A DNA stretch of 64,000 nt from Cetorhinus maximus (lineage: Eukaryota), in assembly GCF_964194155.1 (NCBI RefSeq), contig NC_135883.1:165168001-165232000 (forward strand). The letters are read 5' to 3'. Positions 10,700 to 22,852 of the stretch are shown piece after piece (position 1 is the stretch's first letter; the number at the start of each line of letters is the position of its first letter). The position numbers and the translations under genes were made by a program. The notes below the pieces were generated by a model, which was given only the letters and a program-made list of their open reading frames with translations, was not told the DNA's origin and made no database searches.

Positions 10700-11600
10700 G
10701 GAACATAGGAACAGAGAACGCAACTTACCTCCACATATCCCTTAATACATTTGGCTAACAAAAATCTATCAATTTCAGCTTTAAAATTAATAATTGATCT
10801 CACATCAATTGTTGTTAATGGAAGAGGTCCAAACTTCTACCACCCTTTGTGTGTAGAATTGTTTCCTAATTTCACTCCTCAAAGGTCTGGCTCTAATTTG
10901 TAAAAATGACTGTGCCCTCTAGTCCTAGGCTCCCCCCATTCGCAGAAATAGTTTATCTTAATGAACCCTATCAGGTTCACTCGATATCTTGAAAACGTCA
11001 CTCAAATCACTTCTTAAACTTCTAACTTCCAAGGAATACAACCTTAGTTTGTGAAATCCCTCCTCTTAATTTAACCCTTGGAGTCCAGGTAGTGTTCTGG
11101 TAAATCTATGCTGCATTCCTTCCAAGACCAATACACCATAAATTGCAGCATATAAATCGATCTGGCATATAAAACAACACCATTTATCCAGCCCCAAAAA
11201 CCATGTTTTTGCATATACTCGGCAGATAAGTTGACCCCCTTTCCAACCACAGCATGCAATCTCATTTGCAGTCAGCCTCAATGTTTCCCCCCACAAATGT
11301 GCGTTTTACTTACTGGTACCTTGTAACTGGGCATAAGGGATCAAGCAGGCAATATGCACTGTGTTGCAAAGGTGTACGGGAGTTTAAGACAAGCCACTCT
11401 TTGCATTGGAAGCAGATGACATTTCAAAACGGCAACCATTCACACCTGCATTTTACTTACGTATAAGTCAACCCCATTTTTGGAGGGATTTTTCCAGGCT
11501 TCAAGGGTTGACTTATACGCCGACATTTACAGTACCCTTACTAAGGCGTGGTGCCCACAACAGTTCATAGGTGTGGTCTATCCAGGGCTTAGTATAATTG
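10700..11600 (-). mobile_element. CR1 3' fragment carrying a nested MITE
   Basis: ORF 11066-11296 ends VLEGMQHRFTRTLPGLQGLN, a CR1 RT C-terminus. Confidence 0.8.
11136..11532. mobile_element. Tc1/mariner-pogo-type MITE, about 400 bp
   Basis: Imperfect TIRs CCATAAATTGCAGCATATAAATCGA and revcomp CTGTAAATGTCGGCGTATAAGTCAA, with differences mostly consistent with CpG decay. TA follows at 11533-11534. There is an internal inverted pair GTATAAGTCAACCC/GGGTTGACTTATAC. Confidence 0.7.
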
Positions 11601-11869
11601 TGATCTGAGTGTCCTGTAGGACTGGAGTGGGGGAAGGTTGGGTATGGAGTATTGATGGCTCAATCAATTAGAGCTCCATTTACTGATCATTGTTCAATGA
11701 TTCCTGTGGGAACGTGTACGTGCGGGGACATCTGCTAATTCAAGGATTGTGATGCACCATGATTGATCAGGAGGTAGTGACGATTTACTTTTAGACTCAC
11801 CTGCGTTGCACTCTCCACCATTGGAATCATTCTCCGGAATATCTGTGGAATATACTCAGGTCAAGCTAC

Positions 11870-12345
11870 CTCTTTCTATGTAACCTGCTTCCACCAGTGT
11901 TGAGCATTTTCTCTGAAACTCTCCCTTTATACTACCTTTAATTTATGCCACCTAATAGCTGACTCACCAACCAACGGAACTAGTTTCTCCCAAGTTGTTT
12001 TCGTCAAAACACTCAATTTTGAACGCCTCACTCAGATCTCCTCTTAGCTCAAATAAAAGGAGCTGCAATTTCCTGTTTTCGAGTGAGAAAGCTGTACTTT
12101 TCCATGTCTGGAAAAGTGCTGCTGAACATGTGGAATCTGACAGTATCTGGGTTACTGTTAAGATTGGCTTGGAGTAGTTAGGGTGAGTGGCTGTGGAAGC
12201 TGAATCCTTCGTAAGTTTCAAAAAGAACATGGATTAACATTTGAAAAAGGAAAAACTGAAAAGGTTATAAGGGTTGGTCAGAGAACAGGATTGTGGATAG
12301 CTCAGGATGGCCTGATTGAACTCCCGTGCTGTAAAGTTTTATACT
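11870..12345. mobile_element. Decayed CR1 3' fragments in opposite orientations
   Basis: The minus-strand piece encodes LFELRGDLSEAFKI. The plus-strand piece carries a CR1 3'UTR. Confidence 0.6.
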
Positions 12346-12519
12346 TCTAGGAGTGTTTTTAAAGGTCTTACGCTGATAAAAAAAGACAAAGAAACAAAAC
12401 AGACAGAGAATGGAAACTGAAGAAAACTTAAAACCACGTTGATTGCTGAGGTTAAATTCTCCAATATGAACAAAGTTCCACTAGCAGATTTGTATTTTGT
12501 TTAGCATTTCCTGTTGAAT

Positions 12520-13055
12520 TAGTTGAAGCTTGGGAAGCATAATAAATCTCCCTGCCACAGTGAGTCCCTGATTTCATTGCAACTGTTGCCAAAGTCTATG
12601 CCATCAACAAGCTTCATCAGGATTGTGATGGAATACTCACCACTTGCCTGGAAGGCAACAGCTGCAACACTCAGGAAGCACAACACCATCTGTTTAACAG
12701 AACGCTCTGTTTGATCGGCACCCCTGCCATTCGAGTTGATGTCCACCCACTGACATCTTGTGGCTTCTCTGTGTTCTATCTATAGATGCACTGAATCAAC
12801 TCACTAAAGTTATTTTAACAGTACCTCTCTCCTGCAACCTCCATCTGCAGGAAAGACAAAAGCAGCAATATTGTTGGCAACACCATCACCTCTAAGTCAC
12901 ACATCAGCCTGATGTCAATACTATAGAATCCCCTACGTAACACCATCATGGGAAAACCATCACAAGCACTTAGCAATTCAAATAGAATTCCCACCATCAC
13001 CTTCCCAAGGCATCAAGGAATGGGAATAAACGTAGCCTTGCCAACATGTACACAA
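12520..13055 (+). mobile_element. Old family X LINE 3' fragment
   Basis: IRIVMEYSPLAWKATAATLRKHNTI with a decayed family X tail. Confidence 0.75.
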
Positions 13056-13494
13056 GCAGCAACAACTTCACAGAAAGCAAGTTAATACATCATCACCATT
13101 TTATTTCAATGAGTATCTGAAAACAGGAATTCAATATTTCTGTCAATCTCATCTACTTTTAATTCCAAATCAATGCATTAATTTATTTTATATTACTAAT
13201 CCCATAAGCCTCAATTTAAATCTTAAAAATATAATTTCAAGTAAAATTAAAAGATCTGGTTCAAAAAGTGCAAAGTGGGATGATCATGGAGTGGTAAAGT
13301 GATGTCAGGCTGAGGTTTCAAAAAACCTTCACACTGCAGAAAGAAGCGGTGAGTGAAAAGTTTAATCAACTTTGAAGTCCTGGGAAGGAAGGGGTTAAGA
13401 CTAGGATATTATGACAACACAGTGAGAATGTAGGGAGGAGAAAGAACGTGTAGAGGCTGGCTTATTGGCAGTTTAACAGGACAATTACCCAGTA

Positions 13495-14105
13495 CTATGT
13501 TTATGTTCCCTCGAGTGTAGAAGATGGTGAGGTGATCTAATTAAGATTTTTTTAATTACAAAGGGATTCAATAAGGTAGATGCAGGGAAATTATTTCCTC
13601 TGATGGGAGAAAACCAAAAAAGAGGGTATAGCCTTAAAATATATGCTACATTGTGAAATCAATGTGCACTTTTTCCACACAAAGAGTTGTGGAAATCTGG
13701 AACTCTTTCCCCTGTGGATACTCAGTCAATTTAAATTAAGAATGAAATTCATGATATTTTTGTTGGGAAAGGATATTTAGGGATATGAAGCAAAGGTGCA
13801 TAAATAGAACTGAGATATAAATCATCCAAATAAATGCATATTATAGAGGCTGTAGTAACCATGATCTAATGGAATGGCAGAACAGGCTCCAGAATTTTAA
13901 TGTCCCATTTTGAAAGGGGATGGAAGCAAATTCAATTATAATTTTCAAGAGGGAATTGGATAAATTCCTGACAAGGAAGAATTTGCAGGGTTGTGGGGGA
14001 AAGAGCAGGGGGTGTTGAAATTAATTAGATAGCTCTTTCAAAGATCCGGCACATGTATGAATGAGCTCAATGATGTCTTTCTGTATTGTATGATTCTATG
14101 CTATT
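13495..14105 (+). mobile_element. Two tandem CR1 3' ends
   Basis: GAGGTGATCTAATT..GTGGAAATCTGGAACTC. The tail ATTCTATG lies at about 14093-14100. Confidence 0.75.
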
Positions 14106-14849
14106 CCTGTTCCTATTACACAGCTCCTCTGGGTAGAGCTGCTTGGTTATGTAGTAGCTGCATGGAGAGTACATTACAAGCTGGTGGCTGAGAGAAAATA
14201 AACCCAGTCCCACTAGCAACATAAAGACAATATGAGTGAAACAAGTGGCATTTTTTCCTGTAAACTATATCCTCAAAACTTATTCTGTTCATGACTGCTA
14301 TTTGTTTTAACAGTTTCGCATTATGTTTCAAACATGCATGTTATTCTAGCTGTACAATAGTGTTAGTGTAAGATCTGATAACATGACTCCTAAATGGCAG
14401 CTTAAGATTGTATAAGTATAGCAGAGAAGAGAATCTTGTTTTCAAATCTCTCCATGGCCTTGCCCCTCTCTATCTCTGTACCCTCCTTCAACCCTACGAC
14501 CCTTTGAGTTGTGGTTGAGACTGATCAAGGATGAATTGAGTATGCAGTTTAATGTGTGAAATCACTGCTGATGAAATTATTATATTTGCATAATTTGACA
14601 TATTTACCAATGAATCATAGTTGCATTGGCTGCTCATGGGACTGACTACAAATCAGCAGTCTGGAGCCCACATGTATTGTTAAAAACCTCTGCACAACCA
14701 AAGCTGTTGATACTTAATGATCACAATCAAAAGTACAAGCCACATGCTCCTTGCATTATATTACAATACCAAAAGAAACCTTCCACTGTCAGAGTTTCAA
14801 GATACCAAAGTATTAGCACAGTGCCAAATCTAGGTAACTCCAGCAGTTA

Positions 14850-15392
14850 GGCCTAAGTTTTGCGCACATCAGGCACGCTTGATCGGTGGGCCCGGAAACA
14901 GCCGCGATTTCCAGGTCCGGCTGTGATCGGACCCTGAATGCGATTTCACACTGGCAGCCAGCATGTAATGCGTGCTGAGAGAGGTTCAGTGCTGCTAGAG
15001 GGGGTTGGGAAGAGGGTGGCCAGCAGGAGAAGTGAGGGTGCAGGCGGGCGCTTCCAACAAAATCCCTGACACTTGACAACTGCCTCGTGGAGCTGCAGCA
15101 TTGGTCCAATGAAATTTCACCAAAAAATCCACAAACTCTCTGTGTAATATAAATTCAAGCAACTGACAGCAGAACTCATAACACCTCAGCCCTAAAACAT
15201 ATTTTATTTTATTTCTTCCCGGACATTCTATCCTGCCCTGGATCGAGTATGAAGTGAAAACGTGAAGGCCGCCTGGCCGATTGGCCCGTCCGCCAACCGT
15301 AAAAGCGCAAGGGCCATGTAAAATCTCTGACAATTACTTCCTTAACGGGCTTAATTGCCTGTTTAATTGTTGGCGGGCACACTTCCGATTTT
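14850..15392. mobile_element. GC/CpG-rich non-autonomous DNA transposon (Harbinger-like MITE), probably truncated
   Basis: Starts TTA-GGCCTAAGTTTT. It has internal hairpins (GGTCCG..CGGACC) and TTAATTG and GGCGGGC motifs shared with 60575-61255. I did not find the right TIR. Confidence 0.55.
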
Positions 15393-15492
15393 TATTGAAT
15401 TCAAATTTCACCATCTGCCTTGGTGGGATTGGAAGCATTACCCTGGGTTTCTGGAATACTAGTCCAGTGACAATACACTATGCCACCGCCTC
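15392..15492 (-). mobile_element. tRNA-derived SINE head (same family as 25783-26180)
   Basis: Reverse complement reads GAGGCGGTGGCATAGTGTATTGTCACTGGACTAGTATTCCAG..GGTGAAATTTGAATTCAATAA. Confidence 0.75.
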
Positions 15493-15814
15493 TTCAGGTA
15501 ACAATGTAGGTTTTATGGTTAACAGTGCAAATGACTAACTTAGTACAAAAAGATTAAGTAAGAGTGAGCAGGAAGCATCATGGATTAACTAGTATAAAGG
15601 GTACGGTATGTATCCAAAACATCACTTTGCAGAATAAGCAGCGCGGGCAAGAAAATACAGCTGGTGTAGTAACTCACCATGTTCCTTAGAACTTTAGATG
15701 AGAATCTTATGGCATGATTTCAGGCGTTTAAAAGTTTAAAATGGTTAACTGGAGTCACTACCAAGTAACTACTGATCATAGGAACCATGGAAAAAAGTGA
15801 CTTAGGCAGACAAC

Positions 15815-16345
15815 CTAGTGCAATACTGAGGAAGTATTGAACTGTCAAAAGTGACCGGCTTTTGAATGAGGTGTTAAACTAAACCCTGTCATGATCTCAC
15901 TGAATGGCGGAGCAGACTCGATGGACCGAATAGCCTACTTCTGCTCCTACGTCTTATGGCCTTATGATCCATCTGCCCTCTCAGGGGGTTATAAAAATCC
16001 AATGGTACTAACTCGAAGTGGGCAATATTTATCCGTCAGTCAACTTCATCAAAACAAATTATCTGATCATTTTCTAATTGCTGTTTATGAGACTTTGCTG
16101 TGAGAGCGCGCGCGGAGAGCGCGAGAGAGAGCGAGAACTCTTTTCCGTGCTGGTCCACAACACATATTCTGCACATTTACAGTATGAGAAGGAAAAATGC
16201 ATTTATAACAAGGACCTTGCTGTGCGCAAATTGGCTGCCAGGATTCCCTACATTACAACATTATACTTCAAAAAGTACATCCCTGGCTGTTTGCAGTGAC
16301 CTCACATTGCAAAAGGTGCTGTATAAATACAAATTCATTCTTTCT
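15815..16345 (+). mobile_element. DeuSINE (SacSINE1-like) with two internal insertions: a CR1 tail at about 15890-15968 and a unique 110-bp segment at 16103-16212
   Basis: AGTGCAATACTGAGG..GATGAGGTGTTAAAC-like Deu domain and an L2-type tail TATAAATACAAATTCATTCTTT. Confidence 0.7.
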
Positions 16346-16594
16346 TTTTACTGTTTACATTAGAACTGGACAAAGAGAGCTTTGACCATTTTTTAAACAA
16401 ATACAACTGCACGTGGTACACTAGTTACATCATGTCCTGTGACCAAAAACAGGCAAAGTATCAAAGAATGGTCAGGTGACATTGATGGGTCACCACAAGG
16501 CATGACAATGACAATATTTCAGGGAGACCACAGTGCAATACTGAGGTCTTGTGTGTTTCAATTCTAACTAAAATAAACTGCTGCATTGCTAATC

Positions 16595-16810
16595 ATAGGA
16601 ACTTGCAGCACAGGAGGAGGCTATTTCATGCCTGTGTTGGCTCTTTGAAAGAGTAGTCATGTTTAGTTCCACACCCTCACGTTTTCTGTCCATAAACCTG
16701 TAAGGTTCCTCAGCTTTGTGTACCTGTGCCTATTCTCTTATATGAAAACAAAATCAATGGAATCAGCTTCCTCCAATTTTTTTTTCCAGGTAGAGTGTGC
16801 AGATCCCAGT
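16595..16810 (-). mobile_element. Old CR1 3' end; a related copy lies at 20390-20580
   Basis: Shared AGCACAGGAGG..CTCTTTGAAAGAG..AAACCTGTAAG..AAAATCAATGGAATCAGCTTC. Confidence 0.6.
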
Positions 16811-17469
16811 GAACCTGCTGGAACTGAAGACATGGAAGTCAAGCTCAAGGCTTTCAATGGTCCACCCAGCAGGCTGGTTCCACAGAACTAGAGAGGGTGC
16901 GTATGAGTCGTGCTTTTAGTATAAGACTTGAGCACAAAAATCAAGGCTAACCACGGTAGCTGGCGGAATTTAAATTCAATTAATGAATCTGGAATTGAAA
17001 ACCGGCCGCCAGTCTTTGGGACATACGCGGCCTTTTATACTGGCACTGAAATACATATACCACGTTACTCATTTGTGTGATAGGCAGAACATCTTTGTGG
17101 CTTGACAGCATCATCCTGTTAGTGGCAAATACCACTCATGTGGTACTGCTAAGTTGCAGCGTGAAACAGCTAGCTTCACCTGTTGCTAAATTCAAGAGAT
17201 ACCTTGCCCATCCAGGGCAATCTAAGGTAGACAAGACACTTTTCAGGGCTGAAAGTGACAGCCTTAGGTCTGTTCATGAGTTTGCATGATATACAGCGCA
17301 AAATAATCTAATCAGCGTGGCTATTATCCTGCAGGATGTCTTTGAGGCTCCCTATTTCAGCATCAAGCTTGCACAGTGAGCAAATAGCTTGGGCCCTATT
17401 TACAAGGTTGCCAATAAGACCAATCTTACAGCGTATGGAACTATAAGAATCCCAACTGGCCAATCACTG

Positions 17470-18990
17470 GTCAAAGCTGTTCGCGTTGGGCAGGGTACAG
17501 ACTGTACCCAACCATCCTGTGCTTGCAAAACTCAAAACACAGTGTCCAACATTAGACGTGATTCCGCGATTGGACAACATTTGCTAAATAATCCTCAATG
17601 TGCCAAGAATTATGCTGACAACCAATTTAAGGTTGTCAGTTGGGTTCGCAATGTGGCACATTTGGCTTTTTAAAAATTCATTCGTTTTACAGGATGTGGG
17701 CATCCCTGACTAAACCAGCATTTATCGTCCATCCTAATTGCCCTCATGAAGGCGATGGTAAGCCGCCTTCCTGAACTGCTGTAGTCCCTGTGGTCATGGG
17801 TAGGAAGGTGCCTAAGGAGCCTTGGTGGGTTTCTGCAGTGCATTTTGTAGATGATACACACTGCTGCCACTGTGCATCGGTGGTGGAGGAGTGAATGTTT
17901 GTGGAAGTGGTGCCAATCAAGCGGGCTGCTTTGTCCTGGATGGTGTCAAGCTTCTTGGGTGTTTTTGGAGCTGCACTCATCCAGGCAAGTGGAGGGTATC
18001 CCATCACACTCCTGACTTGTGCCTTGTAGATGGTGGACAGGCTTTGGGGAGTCAGGTGAGTTACTCGATGCAGTGTCCTAGCTTCTGACCTGCTCTTGTG
18101 GTCACAATATTTATGTAGCTGGTCCAGTTCAGTTTCTGGTTAATGATAACCCCCAGGATGTTGATAGTCGTGGATTCAACGATGGTAATGCCATTGAATG
18201 TTAAGGGGCAATGGTTAGATTCTCTCTTGTTGGAGATGGTCATTGCCTGCACTTGTGTGGCATGAATGTTACTTGTCAATTTGTCAGCCCAAGCCTGGAT
18301 ATCGTCCAGGTCTTGCTGCATTTGGACATGGACTGCTTCAGTATCTGAGGAGTCGTGAATGGTGCTGAACATTGTGCAATCATCAGTCAACATCCCCACT
18401 TCTGACCTTATGGTGGAAGGCAGGTTATTGATGAAGCAGCTGAAGATAGTTGGGCCTAGAACATTACCCTGAGGAACTCCTGCAGTGATGTCCTGGAACT
18501 GCTGTGATGACCTCCAACAACCACAACTATCTTCCTTTCTGCTCAGTATGACTCCAACCAGCAGAAAGTTTTCCCCCTGATTCCTGCTGACTCCAGTTTT
18601 GCTTGTGCTCCTTGATGCCACACTCGGTCAAATGCTGCCTTGATGTCAAGGGCAGTCCCTCTTAGGATCCTGTTCTTTCTGTCTGCAAAGAACATGTACA
18701 TACATGGTGCCTTTTACCAGCTAAATAAAATAAGTGACAGCCAGTGACTCATTCCTCAGGGCAATGCCCTGACAAATCAGGATCAAGCTGCCTAGCTCAA
18801 ATTTCAAACAATGCTTGGTAGTTAGCTGTCAGTCACCAACACTGGTGCATTCTCCATGGCAACACCACTTTCCAACCAATCAGCACTCTCTTCACATGCA
18901 GTATAAATTGTTTTCCACTTACGGTGGTATTCTTGCAAATGTCCTGATGAGTGCAAAGCTTAAACATGTCTCTTTTTTCAGCAATACACA
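17470..18990 (+). mobile_element. Penelope-like element family A 3' part (GIY-YIG C-terminus plus pLTR), split by a family X LINE
   Basis: ORF 17389-17673 contains DSAIGQHLLNNPQCAKNYADNQFKVVS. It resumes at about 18665 (DPVLSVCKEHVHT) and is followed by the pLTR with CCATGGCAAC, CCAATCAG, GTATAAAT and CTGATGA (18944-18950). Confidence 0.8.
17668..18660 (-). mobile_element. Family X LINE, 5'-truncated, with RT core
   Basis: ORF 18061-18621 AGVPQGNVLGPTIFSCFINNLP..MLTDDCTMF. The tail is at 17670-17750. Confidence 0.9.
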
Positions 18991-19080
18991 AGATGGAAGA
19001 CAGAATATCTGCTAAACCATTAGTTCTTACTACAATTGTGACACTAGGCACTTGATTAATAAAATTCGGCAACAGCAACT

Positions 19081-19760
19081 GGATAAAACAAGATTAGAAA
19101 TTTAGTGGAAAAGCACTTAAAGCAGAGCCAATTATTCCCCTCCACAAAGAGTTAGGGCATCAGGAGAATGTCATGTCTCCAAAAGCTATGGTGTAAAATT
19201 CAGGAGCTAGTTAGAAGGCGATTGAGGAGCATACACTGTACATCAGCTCAAGACCATGATTGTGAGTCCTTCGTATGAGACCTTAACAAGGTCTGCAGTC
19301 TGCCTGTTTATTTGGCCAATGCATATCCCTTGGCACTATTTCAAAGCCCAGCAAGGAATTCTCGGTCACCTGGCCAACATTCCTCCCTCTTGTAAAAATG
19401 AAAAACAAAAATAGATTAACTGGTCTTTCATCTCATTGTTGCTTGCGGGAATAACTGCAGGTTTTATCTATGCAGTCAGTTCTGCATTTCAAGTACTTTG
19501 AGATGTTTCTGAGGAATTACGAGATGATGCATAAAAGCCTTTCTTCTACTTTCTGTGCCGTCTTCTCCACACTATTTCTTCTCCCAATCAACGTCTTAAG
19601 CTGACGTACAGGGTATGCTTCTCAGTCGCCTAACTATCCCTTGAATTTTACACCATAGTCTTTGCTTCTGTTGGTTGATGACTAGGTAAAACAAGATTAG
19701 AAATTCAGGGGAAAGCACTTAAGCAGAGCCAATTATTCCCTTCACAAAGAGTGAGGAGCA
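19081..19760. repeat. About 75-bp imperfect direct repeat (19081-19159 and 19685-19760) flanking a segment with a decayed DeuSINE
   Basis: TAAAACAAGATTAGAAATT.AG.GGAAA.GCACTTAA.GCAGAGCCAATTATTCCC.T.CACAAAGAGT occurs twice. Confidence 0.85.
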
Positions 19761-20599
19761 AGGCAGCAAATCAGGAAGAAGGATTCAGAAGCATCAAGAA
19801 GCATCAGTTAAATTAGCAACATGATCATGTTCAAAACACGAGAGGAGGAAAATAGATTTAATGTGAGCAAATGCTGTATTAACTTTCCAATCTGCTGTAA
19901 AGTACTTCAATCTTTTCTGCTGTATTAAATTATATTATATGATTACATCCCTACAATAGTACACTTATATTCTGATTTAATAATGTGCTCTGGCTACACT
20001 AGAAAAAGCTGACAAGTTGCTATAGTACATTAAGCAATTGTCCTGTATATCAAACCACAGAATTAATACGTATAGAGAGGCAGGATAATGGATGCCTGGG
20101 AGGAAAGATACAAGAACATAATTCAAATCTAGGAATTCTGATGATGTTATAAATCATGAAGCAAAGGCTGTCGATTATGGACACTTACAGAACCCCATCA
20201 CTGGTTAACTTAAAGAAGCATCCAAGAATGTGTCGAGTTTGAGTTGTCAGTCTTGCCTCTGACTCTGAAGGTTCAGGGTTCAAGTCCCACTCAGATACTT
20301 GAGCACAAAATCTAGAGAACTGGGACTCCAGTCTAATACAGAGGTCTTAAGTGTCTTAATTCCAGCAACACATCAGTTTATTTCAGTTAATCATGGAACT
20401 TGGAGCACAGGAGGTGGCAATTTGGCCTACCATGCTGGTGTTGACTCTTTGAAAGAGCAGTTATCCACACTCCCCCTGCTTTCTGTCTGCAAACCTGTAA
20501 GTTCCTCAACCACATGTACCTTTACATATTCCCTTATGGGGGGGAGAGAAAAATCAATGGAATCAGCTTCTCCAACCTATTTCCTTTTGTATACTATTC

Positions 20600-21158
20600 T
20601 TCTATTTATAAACCCGAGTACCCATATGTCTTTTTAACTACATAATCAATTTGCCCTATCAATAATGATTTGTATATATGGACACCAAGGTTTCTCTGCT
20701 CATCTATACTTTTCAAAATTGTCCCATTTATACTTTACTGTCTTTCTATATCTATCCACTCAAAGTGCATCACTTCACACTTCTGTGCATTGAACTCCAT
20801 CCTCCTGCGTATTTTACGATCCGATCTGTCATCCTGAATTCGACAACTACCCTCATCACTATCTATTACATTGCCAATTTTCTACTGTAAATCTTATAAT
20901 GCTGCTCCCTGCACCCAAGTCTAGATTGTTTATAAAAAGTGAAAAAAAGTAATGGGTCCAAAACTGACCCTTGAGGAACAGCACTGCAAACCCAAATCTG
21001 AAAACCATCCATCCATCACAATTTTCCATCACTAAACCAATTCCATATCCATACTGCTGCTTTCCTCTTAATTCCACCTTATTAACAAGTTTCCTTATGG
21101 TAACTTGTCAAATGCTTTCTGAAGTCTATATAGACAACAGGTACTGCATAACCTTGAT
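20600..21158 (-). mobile_element. Decayed CR1 RT fragment
   Basis: VDQGYAVPVVYIDFRK and FSLFINNLDLG in the ORF track. Confidence 0.75.
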
Positions 21159-21159
21159 C

Positions 21160-21522
21160 AACCAATGAAATACTTTGTGAAGCCACTATTGTGGTATAGG
21201 GAATCCCAGCAGCCAATGTGCGCTCAGCAAACTCCCACAAACAGCAATGTGATAATGACCAGATCATCTATTTCAGTGATGTTGATTGGGGGATAAATAT
21301 TGGCCAGGACACCAGGGATAACTCCCCTGCTCTTTTTCAATCTTTTACATTCACCCCAGCAGGCAGATGAGGCGTCGGTTTAACATTTCATCTGAAAGAT
21401 GGCACCTCCAACTGTGCAGTACTCCCTCTGTACTGCATTGGAGTGTCAAACTTGATTTTGGGGTTTGAACCTGGAACCTTGCAATTCAGAAGCGAGAATG
21501 CTAACAACTGAGCTATGGCTGA
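21160..21522 (-). mobile_element. DeuSINE (SacSINE1-like)
   Basis: Reverse complement has the A box TAGCTCAGTTG, the B box GGTTCAAACC and the Deu domain GCAGTACAGAGGGAGTACTGCACAGTTGGAGGTGCCATCTTTCAGATG. Confidence 0.85.
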
Positions 21523-22510
21523 CAGTGGTGAAGGATGACCTGAAGTAAAACTACAATCAGCTTGAAGCACCCACTTCCACAAAAGGAGAGGAGAAAATAG
21601 AACTTGGGAGAAACTGGGCAATGACTTTTATATCCTAAATACCAGGTTAATCTTCTTGCTTTTCCTGCAGTCTGGCCATAAGTATGATTGAGGTGACCAC
21701 AACAACAGAACAAAGAGACTGGAGCCTTAAATAAAGGCAGTGAATTCAAACATAATCTCATAAAACATACAAGTTTCCCATAAACAAAATCATATTTACC
21801 TCAAACAATCCGCAGCCTTCATGGGTTAAGAATTTCAAGAGAACAGAAAAAACAGCTATTATTTCACATGAAGCACTCCTTGCCAACTTGTAATATGACC
21901 GAACCAACAGATGTACAACATTAAAACAGCACAGGACATACCAAAAGCAGTATTCATTTGTCACACAGCTTAACTGGTCAGACTCTATAATCCATTCCCA
22001 TCGTCCCACAACAGGCAATTTCTTTACTCAGAAAAGCTGCCATCAGACCATAACAAATTAAATTGGATCTCAAATAAAATCCTCTTTTTTGATGACTACA
22101 ACTGTTCTAAGACAAAGAGAATGACACCATCTAAATTGGGACTTTTGTTAATGAAAAATTATTTCTTTTAAATTGAATACTTTGAGTAAATAAATGAAAG
22201 AAACGGAGACACCTCACATTAGCAGAGTGAAATTCTGCAGCAAAATGCTTTTCAAAATCTTAAAATAGTAAACGCATTGGATAATTTCAGAGTGATGCAT
22301 ACAATTCAGTCTTACACAACAGACTCACTACACAAATCAATATGGCTTTTTGTAGGCTGAGAAGGGGGGCAGTGGTTGGTGGTGGTGGTGGCATTAACAG
22401 TAGTTCAAATGCTAACATACCACTCTTGGGAAAGTGGGTCACTTTTGGGTAATATGTGAGCTAAAATTAATAAGTTTCAACTGAACGTGTAAGTGTCAGA
22501 ACTTCTTTAC

Positions 22511-22630
22511 CTCTTCTGTTGTCTCACTCTTTCCAACACTGGATGATGGGCCTTGAATCTCCACCCAAATTCCTTAATGAAAATGACATATGGCTAAAAT
22601 TGCTGACATGGTGTGTCCTTGGCTGTTGAG
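22511..22630 (-). other. Candidate non-coding (5'UTR) internal exon, 120 nt
   Basis: Polypyrimidine acceptor CTCATTCTCCTTTCTCTGTTCCCCTTTGATAG/ and donor GAG/GTAAAG. The sequence is unique and has stops in all three frames. Confidence 0.55.
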
Positions 22631-22694
22631 CTATCAAAGGGGAACAGAGAAAGGAGAATGAGTGTGTTGTTAGCAATAAATATCTTCATGACTA

Positions 22695-22850
22695 CTTCCC
22701 CCAGTGGCTCAGTTGATAAAGCCAGCAAGGAGGTGAACCAAACAGACCAAGAGGGTTCCAAATTTGATTAACTAATCTCAGCCTAGGTAGCCATAGAGAA
22801 ATTGGCTTCAACACTGCTGGTAATGCAAGGGAAAGCATACCAGCTACCCA
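22695..22850 (+). mobile_element. LF-SINE-like head relic
   Basis: CAGTGGCTCAGTTG..ACAGACCAAGAGGGTTCC..AATCTCAGCC..AATTGGCTTCA. Confidence 0.45.
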
Positions 22851-22852
22851 TT

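Larger units (their letters stand above)
10590..11765 (+). mobile_element. LF-SINE-like relic split by a CR1 insertion (pieces at about 10590-10700 and 11600-11765)
   Basis: AGACCAGGAAGATCC..TGTGCTGAACCAGCT..GCAGTGGTAG, resuming after the CR1 with CTGAGTGTCCTG..CTGATCATTGTTCAATGA..GTGTACGTGCGGGGAC..TGTGATGC. Confidence 0.45.
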
